In this document: one piece after another, positions 49,485 through 63,439 of the stretch
Position numbering within the stretch: the stretch's first letter is position 1
How the letters are laid out: each line of letters begins with the position of its first letter
Assembly: GCF_009914755.1 (NCBI RefSeq)
Contig: NC_060930.1
Source: the human T2T-CHM13v2.0 reference genome, Homo sapiens
Length of the DNA: 64,000 nucleotides
Strand: one strand, 5' to 3'
Program-made: the position numbers and the translations under genes
Notes under the pieces: generated by a model
Seen by the model: only the letters and a program-made list of their open reading frames with translations
The model's database searches: none
Told to the model about the DNA's origin: nothing

Positions 49485-49687
49485 TTCAATGAAATAGCCC
49501 ATGTGTGGCTATTTAAATTTGAATTTAAATTAATTAAAATTAAATAGGACTTTAAAGATCTGTTCATTGGTCACACTAGCTATATTTCATGTGCTCATTA
49601 GCCACATGTAGCTAGTAGCTACCATATTCAACAGTGCAGAATTACAGAACATTTACATCATTGTACAAAGTTCTGTTTGACAACACT
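49485..49687. mobile_element. MER3 (hAT-Charlie)
   Basis: gtggctatttaaattt...tagccacatgtagctagtagctacc. Confidence 0.75.
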
Positions 49688-50536
49688 ACGTAAACGGTAG
49701 TTAAATTTGTAGCTAAGGTCAAGATTATTCAGGAAGTTCCTCAAAAATTTAAACATACAACTACGATATGACCTGGAAATTCCACTGCTAGGTATATTCC
49801 CAAAAGAATTGAAAGCAGGGACTTAGATACCTATACACCAATGTTCATAATGTCCACAATAGCCAAAAGGTAGAAACCACGCAAGAGTACATCAAGAGAT
49901 GAATGGATAAAAACAATGTGGTGTGTGTGTATATATACATAGTGAAATATTATTCAGCCATCAAAAGGAATGGAATTTTGACATACAGGCATATGACAGA
50001 GATAATGCAAGTTCAGTTCCAGATCACACTAATATAGTTAATATCATGATAAAGTGAGTCATACACATTTTTTGGTTTCTCAGTGCATATGAGTTATGTT
50101 TACACTATACTGTAATTTATTAACTGTGCAACAGTATTGTCTAAAAAACAATGTACATACCTTACTTAAAAAATACTTCGTCACTACAAAATGCTAACGA
50201 TCATCTGAGCCTTCAGTAAGTCGTAATCTTTTTGCTGGTGGAGGGTCTTGCCTCGATGTTGAAGACTGTTGACTGATAAGGGGTGGTGGTCACCGAAGCT
50301 TGGGGTGGCAGTGATCATTTTCAAAAATAAGACAACAATGAAATTTGCTGCATCAATTGACTCTTCCTTCCATGCAAGATTTCTCTGTATCATACAATGC
50401 TGTTTGATAGCACTTTACTTACACTAGAACTTCTTTCAAAATTTGAAGTCAAACCTCTGAAATCCTGCCACTGCTTTATCAACTAAGTTTATGCAACATT
50501 CTAAACTCTTTGTTGCCATTTCAACAATGTTTAAAG

Positions 50537-50764
50537 CAGGGGTGTCCAACCTTTTGGCTTCCCTGGGCCACATTGGAAGAAGAATTGTCTTGGGCTACAC
50601 ATAAAATACATTAACACTAATGATAGCTGATGAGCTTTAAAAAAAAATTGCAAAAAAATCTCATAATGTTTTAAGAAAGTTTACAAATTTGAGTTGGGCC
50701 GCATTCAAGCCGTCTTGGGCCACATGCCGCCCCTGGGCCATGGGCTGCGGGTTGGACAAGCTTG
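50537..50764. mobile_element. MER30 inside Tigger1
   Basis: caggggtgtccaa...ttggacaagcttg ends; 8-bp TSD gtttaaag/gttcacag. Confidence 0.85.
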
Positions 50765-50904
50765 GTTCACAGCATCTTTACCAGGAGTACATTCTATCTC
50801 AAGAAACCACTTCCTTTGCTCATCCATAAGAAGGAACTCTTCATTCACTCAAGTTTGACCATGAGATTGCAGCAATTCAATCATATCTTTAGGCTTCACT
50901 TCAT

Positions 50905-51228
50905 TTTTTGTTTTTTTGTTTTTTTTGTTGTTGTCGTTTCTTAAGAGACAGTATCTCACTCTATTTTTCAGGCTAGAGTGCAGTAGTGTGGTGGTCATAG
51001 ATCACTGCAGCTTCCATCTATTGGGCTCAAGTGATCTTTCTACCTTAGCCTCCTGAGTAGCTGGGACTAGAGGTACATGCCGCTATGCCTAGCTAACTTT
51101 TTAATTTTTTGTAGAGATGGCGTCTCACTGTGTTGCCCGGGCTGGTCTCAATCTCTTTGTCTCGAGAGATTCTCCCTCCTCAGCCTCCCAAAGTGCTGAG
51201 ATTGCTGGTGTGAGCAACCACACCCAGC
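50905..51228 (-). mobile_element. AluJ inside Tigger1
   Basis: Diverged antisense Alu. Confidence 0.88.
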
Positions 51229-51309
51229 CCTCCACTTCTAATTCTAGTTCTCTTGCTATTTTCACCACATCTGCAGTTACTTATGCCCACTAAAGTCTTG
51301 AACCCCTGA

Positions 51310-51659
<350 letters not shown>

Positions 51660-54066
51660 CCAAACTTCTGTTAATATTGATATTTTGACTTCCTTCCATG
51701 TATCATGAATGTTCACAGTGACATCTAGAATGGTGAATTTTTTCCAGAAGATTTTCAATTTGCTTAAGCCAGATCCATCAGAGGAATCATTATTTATGGC
51801 AGCTATAATCTTACGAAGTGCATTTCTTAAATAATAAGACTGGAAATTCAAAATTACTCTTCGATCCATGGGCTGCAGAATGGATGTTGTTTCAGCAGGC
51901 ATGAAAAACAGCATATTAATCTCCTTATACATTTTCATCAGAGTTCTTGCATGACCAGGTGCATTGTCAATAAGTAGTAATATCTTGAAAAAAAAATATT
52001 TCTTTCTAAGCAGAATTTCTCAACAGTGGACTTAAAAGATTCAGTAAACCATGCTGTAAACAGATGTGCTGTCATTCAGGCTTTGTTGTTCCACTAATAG
52101 ATCACAGAGTAGATTTAGCATAATTCTCAAGGGCTCCAGGATTTTGGAATGGTTAAATGAACATTGGTTTCATTTAGTGTCACCAGCTGCATTAACCCCT
52201 AACAAAAGAGTCAGCCTGTCTTTTGATGCTTTGAAGCCAGGCATTGACTTCTCCTCCCTAGCTATGAAAGTCCTATTTAGCATCTCCTTCCAATAGAAGG
52301 CTGTTTCATCAATCTGTTGTTAAGAGTAGTAGCTACATTCATCAATGAACTTAGCTAGTTCTTCTGAATAACCTGCTGTAGCTTCTAGATCAGCACTTGC
52401 TGCCTCGCCTCACACTTTTATGTTATAAAGATGGCTTTTTTCCCTTAAACCTCATGAAACTACATGTGCTAGTAGTACTTTTCTTCTGCAGCTTCCTTGG
52501 CCCTCTTGGCCTTTATAGAATTGAGAGACTAGGGCCTTGCTCTGGATTAGGCTTTGGCTTAAGGGAATGCTGGGGCTAGTTTGATCTTCCATCCAAACTT
52601 TCTCTATATTAACAATAAAGCTGTTTCACTTTCTTAACATTCATGTGTTGGCTACAGTAGCACTTTTAATTTCCTTCAAGAACTTTTCCTTTGCATTCAC
52701 AACCTGATTAACTCTTTGGCACAAGAGGCCTAGCTTTCGATCGGTCTTGGCTTTCCACATACCTTCCTCATTAGGCTTAATCATTTCTAGCTTTTGATTT
52801 AAAGTGAGAGATGTACAACTCTTCCTTTCACTTGAACACTTAAAGGCTATTATAGGGTTATTAATTGGCCTAATTTCAATATTTTTGTGTCTCAGGGCAT
52901 CGGGAGGCCTGCAGAGAGAAGGAGAAATAGGGGAACAGCCAGCTGTTTTTGACACACACAACATTTATTGATTCCTTTTGCAGTCTTATATGGGTGTGTT
53001 TAGTGGTACCCCAAAACAATTACAATAGTAACATCAAAGATCTCTGATTACAAATCACCATAACAGATATAATAATAACGAAAACATTTGAAATATTGTG
53101 AGAATTACCAAGCTTTGACACAGAGACATGAAGTGACCACACGCTGTTGGGAAAATGATGCTGATAGGCTTGCTCCACATAGGGTTGCCACAAACCCCAA
53201 TTTGTAAAAAATGCAACATCTGCAAAGTGCAATAAAGCAAAGCACAAGAAAAAGGGATAGGCCTGTATGTTACAACATGGATGGACCTTGACAACATTAG
53301 GGTAACTGAAATAAGCCAGACACGAAAGGACAAATATGGTGTGATTCCACTGACATGAGGTACCTAGAAGAGTCAAATTCACAGAAACAATGTAGAATCC
53401 TGGCGACAAGGGACTAGTACAGAGAAGGGAATGAAGAACTGCTATTTAATGGGAACAAAATTTCTGTCAGGGATGATGAAAAAGTTTTGGATATAGATAA
53501 TGGTGATGATTACACAACACTGTGAATGTATTTGATTGTACACTTACAAATGTTTAAAATGATAAATATTACATCATGTATATTTTTACCACAATAAAAA
53601 AAATATGGTCCAAGGAGAATGTATAAAACAGGAAGAAGAGAAGGAAGAAGATATTAAGGGAATAATAGAAGAAAACGAAGCCATCAATGAGATCCAGTAA
53701 GTCAGAGCAGTTGAATGTGAATGAAGAGGGAGTGCTGTCAAGGAAACCAAGGTGGAAAGAAAAAAGGCATTTTCTACCCACAGGCCTGTTTGTGATATGC
53801 TGCCAACAATGTTCCCTATTTAAAACCCACAAGAAAGAGGTACAATCAGCCTACCAAATACGAAAAGGTGGTGTGTTCCTCTGCTTCTCCCTGTTCTAAA
53901 TCTCCTTCTAATCATTGCCTAAGTGAGTCAAGTACCTCGACTCCCATTCTCTTCTTCAACTCTTGCAAGTTCTCTCTGAGAAAAAAAAAAACCTCTCATA
54001 ACTCTCCTTTCTCTTAATGCTTAGGGAAATGTCTATCTACTTGATATCGTTTCCACCGCAATCCTA

Positions 54067-54966
<900 letters not shown>

Positions 54967-55291
54967 CTAGACTGCAAAACCAAATATCCATGGCTAATGT
55001 TTACAGCAAAACTCGGTGACAGAGTAACCACATGAATCCCAAAGTACAAGTGAGTGGGGACGAGCTACCAAGTGCCATAAGAGCTGTGTGGCATCAGCAG
55101 TGAGGGAGAAGGGGAACCAGGTAGTGTTGGTGGGACCCGAGAATAGGAGAACCCCCAAACAGCCAATAGAGCTTCACTGGGATGTCAGTGAGCTGACACA
55201 GGGACAGCCTCTAAAACTGAGAAGGGTCCTGTCCTCCGGAGGTAGGTGAGAGCAGGGGGCTGTGGTAGGAAGGTCTCAGGTAACTGGGGCA

Positions 55292-55514
55292 CTCTCTCAA
55301 AACCGACCCCCAGGTCTGTCTCAAAACCGACCCTCCAGGTCTGTCTCAAAACCGACCCCCCAGGTCTCTCTCAAAACCGACCCCCAGGTCTGTCTCAAAA
55401 CCGACCCCCCAGGTCTCTCTCAAAACCGACCCCCCAGGTCTCTCTCAAAACCGACCCCCAAGTCTCTCTCAAAACCGACCCCCAGGTCTCTCTCAAAACC
55501 AACCCCCAGGTCTC
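55292..55514. repeat. Minisatellite, 9 x 24-25 bp TCT(C/G)TCTCAAAACCGACCCCC(C)AGG
   Basis: CAAAACC at 55298, 55322, 55347, 55372, 55396, 55421, 55446, 55470, 55494. Confidence 0.97.
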
Positions 55515-55582
55515 CCTTTTAAGATGAGGTCTCACACTGAGGAGAAACTGTTAAGAGTGGAATCAAAATTGATCAGGATATT

Positions 55583-55878
55583 GCTGGGCACGGTGGCTCA
55601 CGCCTGTAATCCCAGCACTTTGGGAGGCTGAGGCGGGTAGATCACTTGAGGTCAGGAGTTTGAGACCAGCCAGACTAAACAATGAAACCCCGTCTCTACT
55701 AAAAATACAAAAATTAGCTGGGCGTTGGTGGCGCATGCTATAGTCCCAGCTACTCGAGACTGAGGCAGGAGAATCGCTTGAACCCGGGAGGCAGAGCTTG
55801 CAGTGAGCCGAGATCATGCGACTGCACTCCAGCCTGGGTGACAGAGCGAAACTCCGTCTCAAAGAAAAAAAAAAAAAA
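55583..55878 (+). mobile_element. AluS
   Basis: Full Alu with A tail. Confidence 0.93.
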
Positions 55879-57324
55879 GTCAGGCTAATAGTTATTTTTG
55901 GTGTGAGGGAGGGGGTTGTGCTCAGGATGGGGCACAAGAAAGGGTCCTCAGGGGTTCAGGCAAAGTTCTATTTCCAGACCTGGGTGGTGGTTACAAAGGT
56001 GTTCAACTTAATAAATCCTTAAGCCAAACATCTGTTTTGTTTGGTTATCTTTATATTTTATGTCACAATAAAAGTCTGTTTCACAAACGCAAGGAAACAC
56101 AAACCTTTGAGATAATACCTTTCTTTTCCATCCAGTATATTTTGTCTGAATCACATTACTTGTTAACTGAGCAAGAAGAACTTTAGTAAAAGAGGCTATT
56201 TGCAACCACAGTATGGTCTAAATAAATGATTCTCCTAACAATGAAAATCTCAGTTGCTCAAAAGATACTATGTACAAGGGAGTTTTCTATGCCATAGCTG
56301 CCAAAGAAGCCAATGGATAGGGCAGAGACTGCTAGGTCACGGATGGCAGTATTTCTCAGAGTGTGTTGTGTGGACCACCTGCATCAAAAATATCCTGCCT
56401 ATAATGCAGATTCCTGGATCCCTACCAGAGGTTCGGATTCAGAAGACATACTTGGGAACAGTGCTCTACACCAGAACTTCATCCTAGATTTATTTTAAAA
56501 CACAAGCTCTATCCAAACAGTACCTTCCTGATCAAAGAACTGAAGAGAAGAAACTCAATACTAGTATCTACACTACTATCTATAATAACTATAATGGTCA
56601 ATTTTCTAGGATAAGCACTTAGAAATTCTGTTATGAGTGTTTCATGTGGTAATGGCTTGAGGACATACTCCTCCTTCTTCTAAACCAGGAAGATAAAACA
56701 GAGAATGTTATTTCTTTGTGGGCAACTAACTGTATTGCAATTAAAAAGCTTTAAACTCCTAAACTAGTCTTCCTCAGATCCTAAAATTTAAAACTATAGG
56801 CTCTAAATCTGATGTGGCAACCAGATTTGGCTGAACTAAATTAAAGGCACAATTTAAACTTTTGATGTTCCAAAGACCTTCTTTGCTTGTGAACAGTTTC
56901 CTTAATCTCCTTAAAAAATAATTTTTCTATTCTGAATTCTCGTACAACTGTTGAATAGCATTGTTTCTTGGAAGTTGTTTCTGTAGATTTTATGCATGTT
57001 GGCCAAATTGTATTTCTAGATGAAAATGAAGACTTTCAGAGAAGATTGTAATGTCAAACTCTATCTATAGATAGTATGTATATACATATATATGTACATG
57101 TATATATATAAACATTTGGTGTATGTGTGTGAGTATGAGCGTGTGTATGCAAAGGAATCCAGAGCTCATGTAAACAGGAAGGATAAGGAGCAAGAGGGAT
57201 ATCAGAAACATACATCAAGGCATTTAGGCGTTGGGGGAGGGGGCACGGGTCAGGGGGCAATTCTAGCTGTAGCAACGGGAAGTTATGGAAGTCCAAGGGT
57301 ATACACATGACTCTGGCTCTTAGT

Positions 57325-57490
57325 CTCCAGTGCTCAAAGGAATTTTCTGGAAGGGCTTGTGAAAAGCAGATTCTTGGGGCCTGCCTTAAAGGATTCTGAT
57401 TCATTTGGTTGAAGTAGAGCTCAGGAATCTGCATTTTTATAAGCTCCTTAGGTGAGTCTGTGTCTGCCGGTAAGTCATATGTTGAAAACT
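57325..57490. mobile_element. MER5A-like
   Basis: gcagattcttggg...gattctgattc...caggaatctgcatttttataagctc. Confidence 0.65.
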
Positions 57491-57581
57491 CTTCGGTAGG
57501 GTCTATAGCTCAGGCTAGCAGTTAGTATCGTTGATGTCCAGCAAGGAATGATACCTTGGCAGGAATAAAAAACAAGATGGG

Positions 57582-57879
57582 GGCCAGGTGCAGTGTTTCA
57601 CACCCGTAATCCCAGCACTTTGGGAGGCCGAGGTGGGCAAATGGCTCGAGTCCAGTAGTTCAAGACCAGCCCAGGCAACATGGCAAAACCCCATTTCTAC
57701 AAAAAATACACACACACAAAAATTAGCCGGCCTTGGTGGTGTGTGCCTGCAGCCCAGCTACTTGGGAGGCTGATGTGGGAGGATCACTCAGCCCAGGAGG
57801 TGGAGATTGCAGTGAGCCCTGATCTCATTGCCACTGTACTCCAGCCTTGGCGATAGAGCAAGAACCTGTCTCAAAAAAA
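57582..57879 (+). mobile_element. AluJ
   Basis: Full Alu; TSD ~aaaaaacaagatg. Confidence 0.92.
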
Positions 57880-57934
57880 CCAAGATGAGTAAGAGTTGAC
57901 AGGTTTGAAGTTTCAGGTAGGCAGGATAACAGGC

Positions 57935-58395
57935 TGTGTTCGTTTCTTAGGCTGCCATAAAAATTACTACAGACTAGGTGGCTTAAAACAGTAGAAATTT
58001 ATTCCACTACCGTTCTGGAGGCTGGAAGTCCAAAATCAAGGTGTTGGCAGGGCTCTGCTCCCTCCAGAGGCTCTAGGAGAGATTCTGTTCCTTGCCTCTC
58101 CCAGCTTCTGGTGACTGTTGGCATTCCTTGGCTTGTAGCCACTCACTCCAGTCACTGCCTCCAACTTCACATGGCTTTTTCCTCCTCTCTGTGTGTGCCT
58201 CCTCTGGGTGTCCCCTCTAAGGATCTTTGTCATTGGATGTAGGGGCCACCCTAGATAATCCAAAATGGTCTTATCCTGAGATCCTTACCTTAGTTACATC
58301 TACAAAGACCCTTTCCCCACAAATATCACAATCACAGATTCTAGAGATTAGGATATAGATACATCTTTTGGGGTGCCACCAGTCAGTCAACCACA
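57935..58395 (-). mobile_element. MLT1C-like solo LTR
   Basis: TG...CA ends with perfect 5-bp TSD CAGGC; ttctggaggctggaagtccaaaatcaaggtgttggcaggg. Confidence 0.85.
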
Positions 58396-58921
58396 CAGGC
58401 CTATTCTGGGAAAACTAGAAGTCTTGGGGCAGTCAGAGCAAGGGAAAGAGGGGTAATTGTTGGCAAAAACATCCGGTTCTACTTCTAGAAAAATTTGTCT
58501 TCAAGGGAAGGTGAGGAGGGCTCAGACTGAGGAACCAGCCAGATGCTGGTCACTAATAGATCAGCAGGTTGGAGTGGGATAGACAGTAGAGCTGACTTTA
58601 TGTTATTATTCTGAGTTTCTGAGTCAGGATTCTATGATTGCAACTAACCAGGACATGGCTGCACTCCTAGTATGGGACAAAGCTAAGCTGCCCTAGCCAG
58701 TGGACATCCAGGGGCTCTAGGAAGATTAGACGCTGAGAGTCAGGTTGGACAAAGAGCTGCAAAGCAGGATCACACATGTAAGTAGATTCATAAATAGCTG
58801 CCACTTATTGGGCATTTGCTATATGCCTGGCACTTTACATGTATTATTGCCTCTTTCCATCAAAACCTAGCAATATGGGTGTCGAAATATGGGTCTCCAT
58901 TTGACATATAAGAAAACAGAC

Positions 58922-59355
<434 letters not shown>

Positions 59356-60040
59356 CTATATAGCTAGTAAATGGCAGAGCCAGAATTTAAACCCAGATCA
59401 CTCTGACTCCAAAGCTCATTCTTTCTGCTAAAACATGCTACCTCTTCCACAAATTAATAGCCTACCTTGGATTTCAGCATCTTATCTTCCACTATCTTCT
59501 CTCTTTGAACTCTTCTCTCCACCTACTCATCCTAGAGTTCACTAGACATAAAGTGTCAAAACATCTGTTTCTCTACCAAATACCCTATATTAAAAAAACT
59601 TGGGTAAGGTAGAATGATAAATATCTGAAAGCTTTCTAAAGCAGAATTGCAGGTGTGGGTCTAGAGTGTGAACACTTGCTTTCTTGTGGCTGTGTCGTAT
59701 TTATCTTATTGCAATCACTTGTGGGGAGCTCAAGCCAGGATTCTATGCACAGCCCCAGTCCCAGGCTGGTCTCTAATCATAAGGCGCAGGTCTATAATTA
59801 CTGTGTATGTTGCACCACTCCTCCCTCACAACCCCCACTACTGCCACCAAATGCAAGCTGCCAGTGATGCTCTGCAGATGGTAATATCCAAGTAGTGACA
59901 GTACTAGTTTCTTCCACAGGTATATCCATAGAGGAAAGCAACATTGATGGAACAAGAGCAGGGAAGCTGCTGGTATATTACACTTCTAGCTCATGCCCTT
60001 TGAGTACCACTTAATCTGCCCTAAAGATAGTGTCACTTCT

Positions 60041-60386
<346 letters not shown>

Positions 60387-61559
60387 CTAGCCTGAATGCA
60401 AGACTAAAATATTCCTGAGCCTGGTGCAAGGTTTAATGGAACTTTTAACTCATCTGTTTCAGAAAAGGTAACAAGGCTAAAATATTAAGGAGTCCTAGCC
60501 TGATCTGACACATCTTGTCAGGTGTTTCATAGCACTCTGAGTAAGAGTTTTGGGAAATTAATAATAGTAATAAAAATCTTGTGAAAGGGCTCAAGGTGTT
60601 GCAATCCTCATCACCTATGAGCACCAATTCTGCAGCTGTTTTGCACGTAACTATAAATTATGATCTAGTCTCTACATACATAACTTCCCCCACATTCCTG
60701 CAGGGGTCTCTTTTCCTGCTCAATCTCAGGAGCAAGCTTTAATTTTAAGACCCATGAATACTTGAACAAATTCAGGAGTCAGTTTGACACATCATTTTAT
60801 ATTTTTCTGATGACAATTTCTAGTTTACTTTTTAAAAAAAGACACTATTTTAAAAATACTTTGGGATAGGTTTGAGTCGTTGTGTTTGCTTCCAGTCAGA
60901 GAACTTCCTACAAAACTGAAGATATAAAGTGCTGATGCCTGGGCGTGCCTGCGTTCGTTGGGGGCACGACGTCATCGTGGGAAGCGTGTACTTTTTCGGA
61001 TTACTGCTTGGCGGATTAGAAACCCGTAGATCAGTTCTAGGTTAGCCCTGATTAACTGCCCTGGGTGTTTCTGGGCCAGAGGGAATGTCTGCTGGATTCA
61101 AACCAATATCCGTTGTAAGACAAAAGAGTTAATTTGTACTTTACCCCTATCCAGGCTAATAATGAAGGTACCGGGAATGATCTGGAATGTTAACTGGTGC
61201 CCGCAATCGCGTCTGCTGAACCTTCTGCCCCCACGATTCTGTCTGCCCACATGCTTCTGTCTATCAGCCCCGGCCTCGGGATCAGCTCTCGCCGCGTCAT
61301 TGGTTGGATTTCAGGAAGGGAGAAGCCCACGATTTAAAGGGCTCCTTTTGCACCTGCCAGACATCGTCCGCATGGTCCAACTTGCCTTTGGCACGTATCT
61401 GGAAAAATCTCCTGCGCTGTTCGTTTATTGCACTGACTGGTCAAAGGAAAGAGTGTTCCCTTAGTCACCTTGACAATTTCCAAAAGCGAAACTTGGGCTC
61501 TAGACTAGATCTACACTGAGTCTGCGGGGCGCGGAGTCCCTGCCCAGGTCAGTAGCGCC

Positions 61560-61951
61560 GGCCCGGCGGGCGGGCGGGGACAGGGGCGGAGCCTAGGCCA
61601 GGCGTGGTCTTCCGTGGGAGAGAAGGAAATTCTTTGCCCCACCCCCTAAAAACTGCTCTTCTGCCAGCCAATCAAGGAGGCCTATGCAAATAGGGTCCCT
61701 GTCGCCCCGGTAACCATGATGCACGGCAGCCAATGGAAACCAGCAAGTCGCGGCCCTGCTCCATGATTGGGACTGAAGTAAGGAGGTAGCGGCCCAATGG
61801 GCTGTGGGAACGGTCCTCGGCGGGTTGAGGGGCGGGGATATGCAAATATGGTTTGAAAAGCCGGCGGGAAATCCGAGTTTCGCGGGAGGACCTTGGCGCG
61901 TAAACCGTATCCCTTCATTCATTGTCAGCAGCAGCTTCCTGGAGCCATTTT
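61560..61951 (+). promoter_or_regulatory. E2F3: E2F3a TATA-less proximal promoter
   Basis: GC boxes 61583 and 61829; CCAAT 61668, 61730, 61794 and ATTGG 61766; ATGCAAAT 61684 and 61840; TTTGAA 61852; E2F-type sites GGCGGGAAA 61863, TTTCGCGG 61878, TTGGCGCG 61893; Inr-like TTCATT 61914; YY1-like GCCATTTT 61944. Confidence 0.85.
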
Positions 61952-62270
61952 TCAGCTGCCGGCCGCAGCACCCGGGCTGCCGCCGCCGCCTCGCAATCCG
62001 TTGCATCGGCCGCCCCCGACGCCTCCATCCCCGCTTGGGGCCCGATATCCGTGCGGCCGGGACCCTCCTCTCTCCAGAGCCCCGATTATTTTTGGCCCCC
62101 GGGGCCTGTGCGGTGCGGAAAAATAAAAAGAAAAGAGAGAGAGGGGGCTCGGAAGCGCCGGGCGGGGAGGAGAGAAGGAGGAGAGACTTGGAAACTCCGA
62201 CTGCAAATAATAAAGAAATTGAAAACAATACATTAATATACCATAACACTAAAAAGAGCAGGAGCGAGAG
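61917..62270 (+). other. E2F3: Probable E2F3a 5' UTR
   Basis: ATG-free stretch from the Inr-like element to the start codon; exact TSS is inferred. Confidence 0.65.
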
Positions 62271-62663
62271 ATGAGAAAGGGAATCCAGCCCGCTCTGGAG
62301 CAGTACCTGGTGACCGCCGGGGGTGGGGAGGGGGCGGCTGTCGTCGCCGCCGCCGCTGCAGCCTCCATGGACAAAAGGGCACTGCTAGCCAGCCCCGGCT
62401 TCGCCGCCGCCGCCGCCGCTGCCGCCGCCCCGGGCGCGTACATCCAGATCCTCACCACGAACACTTCCACCACCTCCTGTTCCTCCTCCCTCCAAAGCGG
62501 CGCCGTAGCCGCCGGCCCCCTCCTCCCCAGTGCCCCCGGCGCGGAGCAGACCGCCGGCAGCCTCCTCTACACCACGCCGCACGGACCCTCCAGCAGAGCC
62601 GGGCTGCTGCAGCAGCCACCAGCGCTGGGACGCGGCGGCAGCGGCGGCGGCGGCGGCCCTCCG
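62271..62663 (+). CDS. E2F3: E2F3a coding exon 1a (codons 1-131; gene continues beyond the window)
   Basis: Translation [21 protein letters not shown]...[10 protein letters not shown] is the recognised E2F3a N-terminus; 393 nt ending CCG|GTAATA phase-0 donor; in-frame TAA upstream at 62250. Confidence 0.97.
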
Positions 62664-63439
62664 GTAATACCCTCCCTCCCCACCGTCCCCAGCCCCGGCG
62701 GGAGGTGGGCTCGCACCGCGCGGGGTCGTGGGCGCGCTGCGGGCCGCTCGGGGAGAGCACTGGGCCGAGCATCGTGGGCCTCGGGGGCTGCCCCTCCAAC
62801 GAGGGTTCATTGTTAGACCTGAGTGCTCTTCCCGGCGCCAGGAGGGTCGGGGGGCTCGGCCAGGCGCGCGGGGCGGCGGGGATTGCCTTGGCGCGAACCA
62901 CATCAAACACTCCAAAACTTTTCGCGGCCCCCCCTTCTTTTCCTGCACTTTTCCCTACCCCCACTCTCCCTTCCCCTCCAACTCGAAGCTTCCTCTTTCT
63001 CGGGCGTAGGAAGGGGTCACGCCCCGGATGGAGAAGGGGGTGGGGGAGGGAGTAGTGAACTGGGGTGTGGGGGGCTCTGAGGGGTTGAAACCGGGGGACT
63101 GTTGGGGTGCTAGCCCCCAGTCGGCCTTGGAGGCTCGTTGGCGGCCGGGGGTCCCTGCGGCGTGCTCGGAGCGCAGGGGATCGGCGGGGCTGCGCTTGAC
63201 ACATTTTAGGATCTGTAACTCCCGGCAACAAAGGGGCTGGGGGAGGTGGAGGGGAGTCGGGCGTGGGGGAGGTGGGGCTGGAAGCCGGGTGCGGACTGGG
63301 GCGTGGGCTGTCTGGGGTGAGGGGCTCGCGGGCTGGCGCTCTGGCCTGGGCGCATCCTGGCAGTGGCAGCGGCGGCGCCCGCGTGGCCCAAGCGCCCAGG
63401 CCTTCCTCGCCGGGCCCCGGGCCTGCCCTTGACCCGCCT

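Noticed and set aside
55246-55527. Repetitive ORFs and CRISPR-like look of the 24-25 bp array
   Set aside because: Contiguous tandem units with no unique spacers and no cas genes, in primate DNA
62664-62816. Extension of the 181-aa E2F3 ORF beyond codon 131
   Set aside because: Read-through into intron 1 past the CCG|GT donor
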